Shown: positions 49,401 through 57,799 of the stretch, piece by piece
How positions within the stretch are numbered: position 1 is the stretch's first letter
How the letters are laid out: every line of letters begins with the position of its first letter
From: a virus
Lineage: Duplodnaviria; Caudoviricetes
DNA length: 64,000 nucleotides
Reading direction: 5' to 3' (one strand)
Virus record (IMG/VR): IMGVR_UViG_3300031555_004524
Coordinates: 128,001-192,000 of that record
The notes under the pieces: model-generated
Databases searched by the model: none
What the model was told of the DNA's origin: nothing
What the model saw: the letters and a program-made list of their open reading frames with translations, nothing else
Position numbers and translations under genes: made by a program

Positions 49401-51198
49401 CTATGTAGTAGCTAACGGTATAACAGAAGATGGAAAATACATACAGATCAATGACCCAGAAGCATCTGAACCTAATAAACTTTATCCTTCTAGAGAAATA
49501 TTAAAATCAACTAAAGTTGGTATTGCTGCTGGAAGAGGAACTGGAATATTGTTTAAAGGTAAAGGAAGTGCTTTCTATGGCGGTTCAACATTACCTGGAT
49601 CTTCAACTGCTGAAAAATGTTGGAATTATCTTAAATCATGTGGATTTAGTGACGCTGCAGCTGCAGGTGTTCTTGGTAATTTAAAAGCGGAATCTGGAGT
49701 AGATCCTACCAGATTACAGAATGGTAAAGGTCCAGCTGCTGGTATTTGTCAATGGGAAACTTATGGAAAATCTAATACTCGTTGGGGAAAAATGGCAGCA
49801 TTGGCTAAATCTAAAGGAAGACCTTGGACAGATTTGGAAAGCCAGTTACAGTTTATGATTTCAGAACTTCCAGCAAACTTCAAATCGTATACTGGTAAAA
49901 CTTATACTTATTCTAACGGAACTAAGACTTGGTGGCCAGTTAAAATGACATTGGAAGATTTCAAGAAGTTGAATGATGTAGCTAAAGCTACAGAAATCTT
50001 TGAACGTGTATTTGAACGTCCAAGTAAACCTCACAGAGCTAAACGTATTTCATATGCTCAGCAGTATTATAATCAGTTTTCTGGCAAGTATACTCCTGTA
50101 ACAGGTATATCATCGGCAGATGGATATAGCGAGTCATCAGCTTCAACTGGTTCAGTCTTAGATCAATTATTAGGTGTATGGGACACTATGGCAGGTGCAT
50201 ATGGTTTAACTAAAGCTGGAGCTTCAGAATCAAATGTATCTGAAGTAATTGGTACCGGAGGAGTTGGAAATGCAACTCAACAGGACCTCGTTAAAACTAT
50301 GCAGTCTAAAGAGGGTAAACTTAAATATTCTATGAGTGGTCCACGAAATCCAGACAAAGGTTCAGCAGACTGTTCATCTACGGTAAACTGGGCGTATAAA
50401 AAAGTTACTGGAGTTGACGTTGGAAATAGTACACCTGCAATGTATAATAATAAGAATACTACAACGGTAGATACAGGAAATGGATCTAAGTCATCAAAAC
50501 CTGATGAATCTAAATTACAACCTGGTGATTTATTATTATACTGGAGAGACTGGTCTAAACATAGAGCCCCTGACGGTGTTGGGCATGTTGAAATGTATAT
50601 AGGAAATGGTAAGCAAATTGGGCATGGTGGCGGAAAAGGACCTAAGACTAAAAATCTAGGAGGTAACTTCCTAAGAGCTAGACGACTCAATAAGTTTATG
50701 GGCAAAGGCTCAGAAATGTTTAGTGGAAAAGGCGTTGGAAGTAGTATTGTTAGATATGGCAAAGGTTCTAGTGCATCTAATGCATCATTATCATCATCTT
50801 CAGTATTATATTCTAATACAACATCAGCAACTGTTCCTACATCGTCATACAGTACAACTTCATCATCTTCTTCTGGAATGACATTGCTTCCTATGGGAGT
50901 TTCATCATCAAATGGAACAGTTTCATATACAGCAGAATTGATGAATATTGTAGCATTACTTACAAAAGTTGTAGATAATACATCATTATTACAATCAATT
51001 GTATCAGTATTGACAGAAGTGCTTGGTATTATGAGTGAAGAAGTGGAAGCTAAGAAATCAAATAATAAGAGTAAATTAGAGCAATTGCAAGCTAAGAAAC
51101 AAAGTTTATTTAATACCCTTGGTTCCATGACTTCTGGTTCAGGTAATGATCAAATAGCACTACTTATTAAAAATGCTGAGAAATTAGCTAAAGCATAG
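40414..51198 (+). CDS. Giant tail (tape-measure-like) protein with C39-like peptidase, phage tail lysozyme and NlpC/P60 domains
   Basis: 3594 aa; Gly-zipper repeats; QMDPKY...GCAPAS...GHYVV...INDP; AAAGVLGNLKAESG...GICQW; DCSS...LQPGDLL...GHVEMYIG; late promoter at 40376-40387. Confidence 0.85.
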   Translation: MATNAIKYLSNVGKSIMYSSVDVIKNANPAITGFADTNSDVLKSSYTAITHLKDTMNKSKTAVLESKYGEVGKKAIKNIYSDLQTGKFYNRERIDKAESEAAARIMGDMDFDIQVDMGDSSFDVGDDSTRATLEMMDTVGEKTSTAISAVVARSAEYVVNSNAQMNRAMYEQNKAIFSHLHTGMNTINTNLSTLVKLASGPMQTHFTNSTQFYENQTKLMQEQNSMIKEILEIQKELHKPEKSVSSSSKRITMSDILDSNGMPNLETYFQKIKQNAKKMGSGSGAMLDFMFESGAIESIIASPLQGVSNLIAKKLIPSMLTSAMEEFNKSLTGLFPAMISKLNNYEGFNPVVDFFKNLLGVETAKFGGINTADYEKGRVPFDGITRKSIIEVIPTYLARIESALTGRPETRYDYHSGKFISTSKISKQLKDMDKNAHKMASSDIESYINDMVYYMNLSKEDSKQFQKDLDAILSKSFHDGKLFSPKNASAKKYGLKGGKRSDMNIQIIAEIFRQMPDSMKMQWYPQMFSAKDQHYEKMSKLNEGGDSIFTALFNDSIVVDKKSSNKNDSATSPRNILINIHNEVKMIRKSLLADIPREVDAKLKNSGYCDYKRMEKMTLQTYLTNVKRISPVEAEMKQRLWEKARGSKTATVEETKVKQTAKEMVADAKKKKEDSDSIVNSTLFDQFMESDLASDKFKTIVNGMRGLANAPVRSIANIVKAADHALYTAIFGLDTDDSEDKNMKQKGLLGTMHDGLKDSFSKFKHWLDDNVLIPITRFLNKDLFKEKYDQVMEGLGLDTKTVVSKAKTKLFGKKDEFGRLIEEGALTDFTTRFGNTVKSAGGYVKDTVVDAADVLELTKKKNASGKQKDIVNKAIYQIMRDTRDSGVAEIENAATGIKRVAKTGVVAVSEGEMIVPASLNPFNVAKNIKAENKAKEKFARSFGVSSNIPGYATGTAKVDLDDKSARSAAHIRSMIKNGRADKITAFINRLPKEEKAKYRKLVADAVQDLSKDDYEEGRDQSIFGKSVTLLLEETIKASKTISDYAKSMVPVNEEQAEKEKASITTTVFKEMKKYFPEIAAGGVIGGGVSLITGAIGGPLLGAVVGAGVSLLKHSENTRQIVFGEKTEEGRKGGFVPSKVVDLMEKYAPNMVKGGILGAITSMIPGIPGGPLAGIIFGSAVGFASKNEKIQEALFGTEDKKGLLPKNMMERVKKVLPKMGAGALAGALIGPFGLTTNIVLGSAIGLATETNTFKDIIFGVEGEDGKRTGGWIQKTLDATIGRLKNAADPIKKQFEIMAKGTIGFFKDQLNKILKDHLGAPLDKLMKAITDPIKKLFGGFIKGLLAPITGIITLPFKAVEGIGNSFRKRQIARGQDDYDTAEQRLLFRKKRRRKRDIFDPRAKRFQRYDEAMVNMSSGDITSTLNILKELQGAGGDLYNPELLEGLRNQFRVNVQENTKLNYRQTEKIGKFMHKAMSESKSADEMAGKINRYIAGLDLSEADRKVISSSSNKLLAGIRERELRRDKLISNKSDILKGIGGYGINIEDEKDIPNLIKLLERQLTAQKEKEDKYNADHPQEKQLEQDKTQHTETIEHVKTIEETLIDILKTIRELYSTPILGNGSENYDEYAESIENETFHRLKRARRPAYRAVKGGIKDAKSLRIARKAARNEANVGARNIVFGNKTIDHKNTDAYDIFTGEKLSHDARDKYARLQKEMGEKHPSWKIPNAATGTDNVEQSGLAVVSEGESIVSADLNPSNKTAEAMLERDNIITRAKKAAQKAKNAIYTFVKGKPVRYIKDSTGKLSVDKSDADTASTLDAIEKEEKQQNTIWSTLTGFVTGIGGGIKSLFKLGEEAEEDEDGNLFTKLLGKVGLSAGIALGLPLFTGIWTKDIWPKIQPVFEGIFPNLSSDLGNVFNTAMDRITDWLTGTGKSEGKGLPMVLDYLVNRWGYGFSVIMEKVVPKAAEIIITALPSILKGVVTGIGKVLGTTITSIFGKNKDTKPEDVSDDIFRDTSSATNSVLASLSGSSSTIKPLMESTSFPDLSNWNYNASSFTNLVNSGSHSSQDLAEVNYIANTLGKDYKDINKDDYGITAQGTVYRKISDEERDANSERFIHRTTLGEGLAKTAGKAFLKGRGYSTILGKTGKAMSKVPNGIFKMLGGGLSAADDVVTGAGKLGSRVLPGNAIFGMNHATDAAKSGGRLSRFLSTAKAGVKDFVTGRDTVDVLIGSTGPSVADNIYMTTTRSDALRRGFIEGADFAVTKQTATSKIASKVSGTASKVISKVDNSVVGRVAKHITESISKLFSNSKVIGKFGSVIKSLGSSMTKEAAEKSAKEFGEKVTAKLVEQAGETIAKSAGKASAKLASGLLTAGIINVAFGVTAFIRGFNNPNDYLGVANDVSEPSLFARLSAAVVSALNEFCCLGLIPIDTIVNIALPILQGIPAFSKFTTNIIEDREASNDLVSEFNAKHGTNFSVEEYNKVMKNKKRNSFISSIIGQKDYIDDDGTYVKASDGIVQKAGKTLFGNKETGQKNIVSNFVESAKASWNWALGKSNETAYDIANRADQDDPNAFILRISGKVTDTMLTPVRGVVNIGKTIWEKAEPVFRSAVNILKQFGSDASNGIKDLWRGDINSYLSIPTDAEGNPLSPYRIFMRTASRVLLSPIAGFIFLGGRIKDAVVSVVNGAKQVIPNVINSEATLISNAFTGQASFSDLFTKRYESDGTGPVSWVTTALRGVARTVTAPIAGIGMIGSSIGKLISPLLEGGKTAASMISDEATRLNTFMDKTNLEGYWADSTDTSNKGIIGGFASIINSAMRLILFPVIGVKQMINEVGGLIDNLGDGIKNGWNKFKSWFFGDDLAQDGTVQYSGSSSGIFRGRGFVSQMDPKYSNIQMGNNESFSQAGCAPASAYMITDGTEKEADGLREAAALARKYQNKNGVSSEYFGHYFKKKGLDSRYVSSSNDITSSLLSGDQVVLGGQNASNTSKAKSPFGPGGHYVVANGITEDGKYIQINDPEASEPNKLYPSREILKSTKVGIAAGRGTGILFKGKGSAFYGGSTLPGSSTAEKCWNYLKSCGFSDAAAAGVLGNLKAESGVDPTRLQNGKGPAAGICQWETYGKSNTRWGKMAALAKSKGRPWTDLESQLQFMISELPANFKSYTGKTYTYSNGTKTWWPVKMTLEDFKKLNDVAKATEIFERVFERPSKPHRAKRISYAQQYYNQFSGKYTPVTGISSADGYSESSASTGSVLDQLLGVWDTMAGAYGLTKAGASESNVSEVIGTGGVGNATQQDLVKTMQSKEGKLKYSMSGPRNPDKGSADCSSTVNWAYKKVTGVDVGNSTPAMYNNKNTTTVDTGNGSKSSKPDESKLQPGDLLLYWRDWSKHRAPDGVGHVEMYIGNGKQIGHGGGKGPKTKNLGGNFLRARRLNKFMGKGSEMFSGKGVGSSIVRYGKGSSASNASLSSSSVLYSNTTSATVPTSSYSTTSSSSSGMTLLPMGVSSSNGTVSYTAELMNIVALLTKVVDNTSLLQSIVSVLTEVLGIMSEEVEAKKSNNKSKLEQLQAKKQSLFNTLGSMTSGSGNDQIALLIKNAEKLAKA

Positions 51199-51203
51199 AA
51201 TAA

Positions 51204-51238
51204 TTGAAGAGAAGGTCGTTAAAAGACCTTCTCTTCAA
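51204..51238 (+). terminator. Hairpin terminator overlapping the next late promoter
   Basis: Stem ttgaagagaaggtc/gaccttctcttcaa; AACA-N6-TA at 51237-51248. Confidence 0.7.
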
Positions 51239-51267
51239 CATGCTATTAAAATCGTGATAGTAAAGGA

Positions 51268-52959
51268 GTGTCAAATATGGCAACTACTTATTCATGTACA
51301 ATAAAAAAAAATGGGGGTAATTTGCATGTAAGAAGTTCACCATCAATGTCTGGTAAAATTATTGCAAAAATACCTAATGGTACGAAAGTTACTGCATCCA
51401 AAGTACAAAATGGATGGTATTATATAGATAAATATAAAGGGTGGTCCTCTGGTAATTATATTAAAGCTACAGCTAATAATACTAGTACGAATACACCACC
51501 TAAGGAAGCGGTTACGCAAACTCAAGTTCAAACTACAAGTGAATCCGATCAGATTCAAAGTTATCTTATGTATGAAAATCCTTATGCATCTACAGATACT
51601 TCAAATTATATAACTACTAGTCTTGATGGTATATATGGTATACCATATCAATTTATGTCTAGTGTTGATAGAAAATTAGAAGGAACCAAATTCGGGCATA
51701 TGTATGCAGATAGAATTGTTGCTAGAATGCCGTTATTATTGTTATCTCCTGGTAGAGTTAATTTTACTAGAGAATTCAGATCAAGAAATGCCGCAGCTCA
51801 AGCTCTTCAAGCTCTTATAGACACTGCAACTCCAACAGATTTGAATACTCTTGTAAATAGTACTGGTAGATATTATACATTTGATTATGATTATGAGTCA
51901 TATTATAATTACGTAGATGCAATGTGTATGTCTTCTGCATATTTTCTTGGTATTCATGATACTGAAATAAAAATAAATGGTAAATGGACAAAAATAAAAG
52001 ATATAAAATGGGCAAAAGCTGGAAATGATGCGTTTAAAGGTATTGTATCTAAAAGTGAATATGTTGCATTTTATGTGGATTCTTTAAGTACTGTAAATGA
52101 ATCCTTTTCAAATGGTACTACTGAATCGCAATTAGCTGGTAAAATTAATTCATTTTCCGATATTGGTAGAGAATTGGCATTCCTTACAGGAGTTACCACT
52201 GGAAATAATTTAGGATTCGGTGAAGAAGAAGCTCTACAACAAGCAATGAGTACTGTATCTACAATCAGTAATACTTATTTAAATGGTAACCAATTATTTA
52301 CAGATATAGCAAAAAACTTTGCTACTGTGGCAGTTGGAGGAAAATTGATATTTCCAGAAATATGGGCAGATAGCACATATTCAAAAAGTTATGATATAAA
52401 TATAAAACTTAGAACTCCAGATTGTGATAAAATTTCGTGGTTTATGAATATATGTGTACCTTTATGCCATCTTATTTGTTTGACAGCACCTAGACAAGCA
52501 GCTACTGAAGGACCTAATGCTTATATATCCCCATTTTTAGTTAGAGGATTTTATAAGGGATTATTTAACTGCGATATGGGGATTATAACAGATCTAAGTA
52601 TAACAAGAGGGAAAGACAGAGCATGGACTTTAGATGGACTCCCTACAGAAGTTGATGTATCATTAACATTGAAAGATTTATATAGCATGCTAACACTGAC
52701 AGGATATGATACACCTGGAGCTTTTGCTAATAATATTGCTCTTGTAGATTACATTGCAAATTCATGTGGGATAAACATAAACGAGCCAGATCTAACCAGA
52801 ATGGTAGATATATATGTAATGCTTAAAGGGCATAAGCTTAAAAATGTTATACCAGATGTTTGGTTAAGTATACAGCAAGATATAGCTAATTTGCAAATGA
52901 CCACTCAATCTAAATTAGTAGGTTTATTAGGATCTATTGATAATTTTCTTCCACTTTAA
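51268..52959 (+). CDS. SH3b-domain baseplate/hub-like virion protein
   Basis: N-terminal LHVRSSPS...GWY...GW (SH3b); C-terminal PFLVR...GIITDLSITRG...GLPTEVDVSLTLKDL (tube/hub initiator-like). Confidence 0.7.
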   Translation: MSNMATTYSCTIKKNGGNLHVRSSPSMSGKIIAKIPNGTKVTASKVQNGWYYIDKYKGWSSGNYIKATANNTSTNTPPKEAVTQTQVQTTSESDQIQSYLMYENPYASTDTSNYITTSLDGIYGIPYQFMSSVDRKLEGTKFGHMYADRIVARMPLLLLSPGRVNFTREFRSRNAAAQALQALIDTATPTDLNTLVNSTGRYYTFDYDYESYYNYVDAMCMSSAYFLGIHDTEIKINGKWTKIKDIKWAKAGNDAFKGIVSKSEYVAFYVDSLSTVNESFSNGTTESQLAGKINSFSDIGRELAFLTGVTTGNNLGFGEEEALQQAMSTVSTISNTYLNGNQLFTDIAKNFATVAVGGKLIFPEIWADSTYSKSYDINIKLRTPDCDKISWFMNICVPLCHLICLTAPRQAATEGPNAYISPFLVRGFYKGLFNCDMGIITDLSITRGKDRAWTLDGLPTEVDVSLTLKDLYSMLTLTGYDTPGAFANNIALVDYIANSCGININEPDLTRMVDIYVMLKGHKLKNVIPDVWLSIQQDIANLQMTTQSKLVGLLGSIDNFLPL

Positions 52960-52994
52960 TATTATAATCAAATTTAACAAAAACTTAAACATTT

Positions 52995-53027
52995 AAGTAT
53001 GGGATTGAAAAATCCCATACTTTTTTA
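52995..53027 (+). terminator. Intrinsic terminator with an embedded late promoter
   Basis: Stem aagtatgggatt/aatcccatactt plus T-tract; AACA-N6-TA at 52988-52999. Confidence 0.75.
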
Positions 53028-53052
53028 TGTTTAGAAAAGGTGGTATTTTCTT

Positions 53053-53799
53053 ATGAAAAATAGAAAACAGAAGCAACGGGAATATCAAGAAAAATATGGT
53101 GATATACCGTTAGACTTAGAAGAGAGAATATCATATATGATAGATAGATATAATATAAGCGAAGCTAAAATGGCTGAAATTATAAATAAAAGAAACTCTA
53201 TGATGTCGAATCTATTTTTCTATGAATGTAAATTAGTAGTATTAATGGAAGATCCAGAAGGATCAGTTAGACCCAGATTCAGAATTATAAATAAATCTAA
53301 TTTTAATCATGCTGCAATATCAGATCCACAATTTGTTCATGTATATACACCTCATGCTGCAGAAGATAATGCATATATGAGAAAACTAAATGAGCAAGAG
53401 CTAGTAGCTTTAGATGGATTAATAAATACACCATGTATTATCCAATATGATTTATTTTATAAGACTCCTTCCAATTATAACGTTACCGATACATTTTTAG
53501 CAGAAATAGGATTAATTCGACCTCCAATAGATAAACCTGACTGGGATAATGCGGGAAAAAAATATTCTGATATGTATAATCATACTATTTGGTTAGATGA
53601 TGCTTTAGTATTTTCAGGCACAGTTAATAAGTATTATTCTATTAAACCTAGAGTAGAAATACAATTGAAGTATTTAAATGCAGTATATACTAAGCAGCAA
53701 TATAAAAGAATAATTTCTAGAAAAGATTATGATCTAAGTTATCAGTCGTTAAATTATCTTGATAGTAAAGGAAGGATTGTGGAAACCGATGAACTATAA
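53053..53799 (+). CDS. rusA: RusA-family Holliday junction resolvase
   Basis: KPDWDNAGKKYSD...WLDDALV...KYYSIKPRVEI. Confidence 0.85.
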   Translation: MKNRKQKQREYQEKYGDIPLDLEERISYMIDRYNISEAKMAEIINKRNSMMSNLFFYECKLVVLMEDPEGSVRPRFRIINKSNFNHAAISDPQFVHVYTPHAAEDNAYMRKLNEQELVALDGLINTPCIIQYDLFYKTPSNYNVTDTFLAEIGLIRPPIDKPDWDNAGKKYSDMYNHTIWLDDALVFSGTVNKYYSIKPRVEIQLKYLNAVYTKQQYKRIISRKDYDLSYQSLNYLDSKGRIVETDEL

Positions 53800-54187
53800 T
53801 ACAATAAACTCATCATATGAATTTAGAATATTCTTACACAGACATATGAGTGATAGTGTTTTAAATAATGCTTTACGATGCGAATTAGAAAAATTTTATG
53901 AGGTATCGGCTAATACTTCAGATTCTTATATATTAAAACCAAAAGAAAACATATATTCTGATATAACAGATCATTATCCATATATAGACGTATGTATATA
54001 TAACTTTCTTACATCACAGCAAAATATTATTGATTACATATCAGATCTTATTTCTAAAGAGACAGATAAATCTCATGCATATAAAATAAGATTTGCATAT
54101 GATGCACTTCGTACACATGGATTTTCATGTTCAGGTATGTACCAGTTATTAAATATGAATAAAGATACTTTAATATTGTCATTTTAA
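53789..54187 (+). CDS. Hypothetical protein
   Basis: Overlaps the rusA stop. Confidence 0.6.
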   Translation: MNYNTINSSYEFRIFLHRHMSDSVLNNALRCELEKFYEVSANTSDSYILKPKENIYSDITDHYPYIDVCIYNFLTSQQNIIDYISDLISKETDKSHAYKIRFAYDALRTHGFSCSGMYQLLNMNKDTLILSF

Positions 54188-54197
54188 TTAGGAAATC

Positions 54198-54223
54198 GCC
54201 CATACGGATACTTCCGTATGGGC
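54198..54223. terminator. Bidirectional terminator
   Basis: Stem gcccatacgga/tccgtatgggc between convergent genes. Confidence 0.8.
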
Positions 54224-54262
54224 TCGACTTTTTATTTTTTTAGGAGAAAAATAACTATATGT

Positions 54263-55132
54263 CTATTTTATAGAGTTAATAAGTTCGTTAATATATGCAG
54301 TGTCTACCTTCTGAATTCTAGCTGTATTGATAGTTTCTAAAAATCTATAAGCCGTATCAACTTTTTCTATAATCAGATCCATATTAATTTTACCAGATTC
54401 AGTAACGAATTTATTCTTAAGTTCTTCACGTTTTAAAATCTCATTAGATGCAACATGGACCATCTGTTCATATACATTTCTATTACGGTTATTCTGAATT
54501 TCTTGAATTCTCTGTCTACCATAATTAGCATGTTCCTGTCTGATTGCATCTAACTTTTCTCTTGAGTTTGCTTTTGAAGCATCAATTCTTGCTTTTGTTG
54601 CAGCTGTAATTTCTTCCATATCAAGTTTATCGTTGATATTGTTCTGAATGAATTCTTCAGCAGCATCGCAAACTCTCTTATTGATTTTATCTACAACTTT
54701 TGATGTAGGTAAACCTTCTAATTTATCAAAGAATGATTTTTTATCTGAAGGTTTAATTATAAAAGTTAAGACATCATCTTTATCAATTTTACATATGATA
54801 TCTTCATATGTTTCTTTGATAATAGATGCCATTTCTGCTAGAAGGAGAGACTCTTTTTCAAATCTTGCCAAAAGAGTTACATTATTTTTTTCTTCTACAT
54901 ACTTTTCACAAAGTACTCTTCCGTATTCTTTTTCCCAATCACTCTTTTCATGCAGTGTTTGCTGTAAAATATAATTGATAGATTCTGCAATCAAAAGATT
55001 CATGGTATTCTCGCTGAACTCTTGCAATTTTCTTCTGGTTTGCATTTGCTTTTCCTGTCTCTTCTCATATGCAGATTCTCTGTAATATCCTGTAGGCACA
55101 GAACCTGTATGAATGAAGTAATTGTTGCTCAT
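54263..55132 (-). CDS. Helical putative virion protein
   Basis: SD GAGGAGG; late promoter at 55165-55176. Confidence 0.6.
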   Translation of the reverse strand: MSNNYFIHTGSVPTGYYRESAYEKRQEKQMQTRRKLQEFSENTMNLLIAESINYILQQTLHEKSDWEKEYGRVLCEKYVEEKNNVTLLARFEKESLLLAEMASIIKETYEDIICKIDKDDVLTFIIKPSDKKSFFDKLEGLPTSKVVDKINKRVCDAAEEFIQNNINDKLDMEEITAATKARIDASKANSREKLDAIRQEHANYGRQRIQEIQNNRNRNVYEQMVHVASNEILKREELKNKFVTESGKINMDLIIEKVDTAYRFLETINTARIQKVDTAYINELINSIK

Positions 55133-55177
55133 CGGGATTTCCTCCTCTAATATGATTTAAATATTATCCATATGTTA

Positions 55178-57799
55178 TTAGACAACGCGTATATTGATGT
55201 CTGCAGATAAGTCTAGCGTAGTATTTACTGTTAAGAATTCAGGCACGACAGTGATATCATCATACTCGTTTCTGTATAAATGCTGCACTCCTGGGCCATA
55301 TTCGTTAAATCCTAAGAATTCAATATATTCTATAGAGTTCGGTCTATATTTATTTGTGATTTCTGTGATGAGGTTAGGTATATGTAAATTGGTCATATCA
55401 TTTAGATCTTCAATAATATCCTTAATGTCTTTTATAATTAATTCTTTGGTCAACTTATCAGCAGTTTTAGTAAGTTTAATTTCAAAGTATAAAGTAAGAT
55501 TTACTCTATCTATGATATTTTCACCATTTATATCTGTTGAGTACGTTCTAGATGGACCATAAGTATTAAAAAATTTAAAGTCTATTTTAAAGTTGTTTTC
55601 CAATAAAGATATACACTGATCAATATATGCTTTAGTATCAACTAATTGTGTAATGAATGATTGTATATTTTCTTCGTTATCTCCATATGCTAACTTTATA
55701 ACTGGCACGCTCTTAATATAAAAAGTCTCTGCAGTATCATAATCTAATACAACGTCTTCATGTTTAACTACGGATGATACTATATCTGAGAAATTTTCAA
55801 AGAATTGTAATCCATTATTTACAGTATACATATTAGTTACAGTATATCCTTCTAAATTTGGAACTATATTATCTAAATCATGTCTACCATATTCGCCATC
55901 TGCAAATTTAGCCAATACATATAGTTTTACATCTACATCTCCACTAAAATACCCATAGTCTTCTTGTCCATTTCCTGGAACTAATGTATTTGTAATTTTT
56001 ATTTTAGCATCATCATTTAATTGGTCTGTAGTTTTTAATAAGAATTCATAATCATATGAGAATACTGATTCTATATCATAATCTACAATATCTCCAACGA
56101 AATATCTATATGGAACAGATCTATCATCATATAGCCCTTTATTGTAAAATACTGCTATAACTTTAAGCGTATTATCTACAATTTTACCTGCTTCATCTAC
56201 TCTTACAATATTTTTATTCACAAGAATATTCTGAGTAAATGATATATTTAATTTATAAGTATCAGGATCAGTTTGATATCCACGTCTCCATGTGATTCCT
56301 GTAGATATGAATTGAACTGGAGCATTTGCATTAATATATGAGAATTCCAATAATCCAGCATATCTCATTATTGTTTTATAATATGATACATATAAAGGAT
56401 CATCTGTTACTACTGTAGTGAAAGGTACAGTATATACAAATTTATTTGGATCATTATCTCCAATATATGCAGATAATTCTTCATCATTTTTAATAATAAA
56501 TCCTTCTTTACCATCAAATCCGATCATGCATCCTGGTTTTAATGCTCTTTTTCTATTTTCTACTGTATCGAAACCATCTGATTTTGACACTCTAATATCA
56601 ATTGTATTTGTTGGAACTACATTATCATATGAGTCTTTTAAAACTATATATGAATAATAAGTTCTTTCAAATTGATTATCCACTTTTTTCTGCACCTGCA
56701 TTCTCACTAAATCACTTCCAAATATATTGAAATAATTTAATAAGTCTTGCATATTTGTAATACTACCTCTTGAAAGTGCTTCTTTAGGTAATATTCTTCT
56801 TAATTCATCTACTGATTTTCTATCTCTACCTCCAGTAGAATTTGTACTTATAATCATATAGATAGCCATATTTCTATAACCATAGTTTTCTGAATCTATA
56901 GCCATATATAAATTCTGATTATATTCAAATTCCCCAGCTTTACCTTGAGTTGTTTTTATTAATACGTCTATCTGAGCATTCATTTCTGGCATATATGAAG
57001 AAGAATCAAATCTGACTCTTATTCTATTTGCTTCTATATAACTATAAAAACAATAATCTTCTAATGTTTGATCTATTGCTGATCCATCAAATACTGGAGT
57101 AAGATATACTGTTTTTCCCTTTTCTGTTATTCTAACTTCGAAATTAGCAAGCTGATTTGTAAATTCAAATTCAAATGTTTTATTTTCAATTGGATTGCTA
57201 GTTAATAACTTTCTAGAAATAGTAGAATGCTCAACTTGCATTAACACTGCTTCTATGAGCAAGTATCTTTCAGTATTATGTATTTGAATAAATGGTGGAG
57301 ATATGTATGGGTTAGTAATTTCACTTAGAGGGTTATTTCTGCTAATATCATATCTGGCGCTATACACTATCTCATTATTTTCTATAATATTTTGTATTAT
57401 CCATAAATCATATTGTAAATGAAATTCCATATTACCTATGAAAAATGGAGTTTCCTTATCTAATATAATTCTACCATCTACTAGTATACTATTAATAGTT
57501 TTTTCTGGTATACCTATAAATACTCTCATAGTAGAAGGAACCGCATTTATATCTGTAATATTTTGGATAATTGCATGTGCAATTACATTCTTTTCAAATT
57601 TTGCTTTTGATGGCCACATTTCATTTGCAGTTTCTGACGCTACAATAACAGCATTCTGTAAATGAAGTGAATTAGCATCAGCAAAGTATCCATTGATACC
57701 AATAGCTCTAGTTCTATCAGATTCATCTGGCATAAATTGTTTCAACAAATCCAATGATACTTGATGCATATCATAAATATCTGTACTTAATAACGGCAT
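55178..57799 (-). CDS. Baseplate wedge subunit (gp6/baseplate J-like)
   Basis: TTQGKAG...STGGRDRKSVDELRR...ITNMQDL. Confidence 0.75.
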   Translation of the reverse strand: MPLLSTDIYDMHQVSLDLLKQFMPDESDRTRAIGINGYFADANSLHLQNAVIVASETANEMWPSKAKFEKNVIAHAIIQNITDINAVPSTMRVFIGIPEKTINSILVDGRIILDKETPFFIGNMEFHLQYDLWIIQNIIENNEIVYSARYDISRNNPLSEITNPYISPPFIQIHNTERYLLIEAVLMQVEHSTISRKLLTSNPIENKTFEFEFTNQLANFEVRITEKGKTVYLTPVFDGSAIDQTLEDYCFYSYIEANRIRVRFDSSSYMPEMNAQIDVLIKTTQGKAGEFEYNQNLYMAIDSENYGYRNMAIYMIISTNSTGGRDRKSVDELRRILPKEALSRGSITNMQDLLNYFNIFGSDLVRMQVQKKVDNQFERTYYSYIVLKDSYDNVVPTNTIDIRVSKSDGFDTVENRKRALKPGCMIGFDGKEGFIIKNDEELSAYIGDNDPNKFVYTVPFTTVVTDDPLYVSYYKTIMRYAGLLEFSYINANAPVQFISTGITWRRGYQTDPDTYKLNISFTQNILVNKNIVRVDEAGKIVDNTLKVIAVFYNKGLYDDRSVPYRYFVGDIVDYDIESVFSYDYEFLLKTTDQLNDDAKIKITNTLVPGNGQEDYGYFSGDVDVKLYVLAKFADGEYGRHDLDNIVPNLEGYTVTNMYTVNNGLQFFENFSDIVSSVVKHEDVVLDYDTAETFYIKSVPVIKLAYGDNEENIQSFITQLVDTKAYIDQCISLLENNFKIDFKFFNTYGPSRTYSTDINGENIIDRVNLTLYFEIKLTKTADKLTKELIIKDIKDIIEDLNDMTNLHIPNLITEITNKYRPNSIEYIEFLGFNEYGPGVQHLYRNEYDDITVVPEFLTVNTTLDLSADINIRVV

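Noticed and set aside
50277-51128. 283-aa minus-strand ORF and the many other short antisense or nested ORFs in the track
   Set aside because: Shadows of well-supported genes on the opposite strand or in another frame; no SD or promoter
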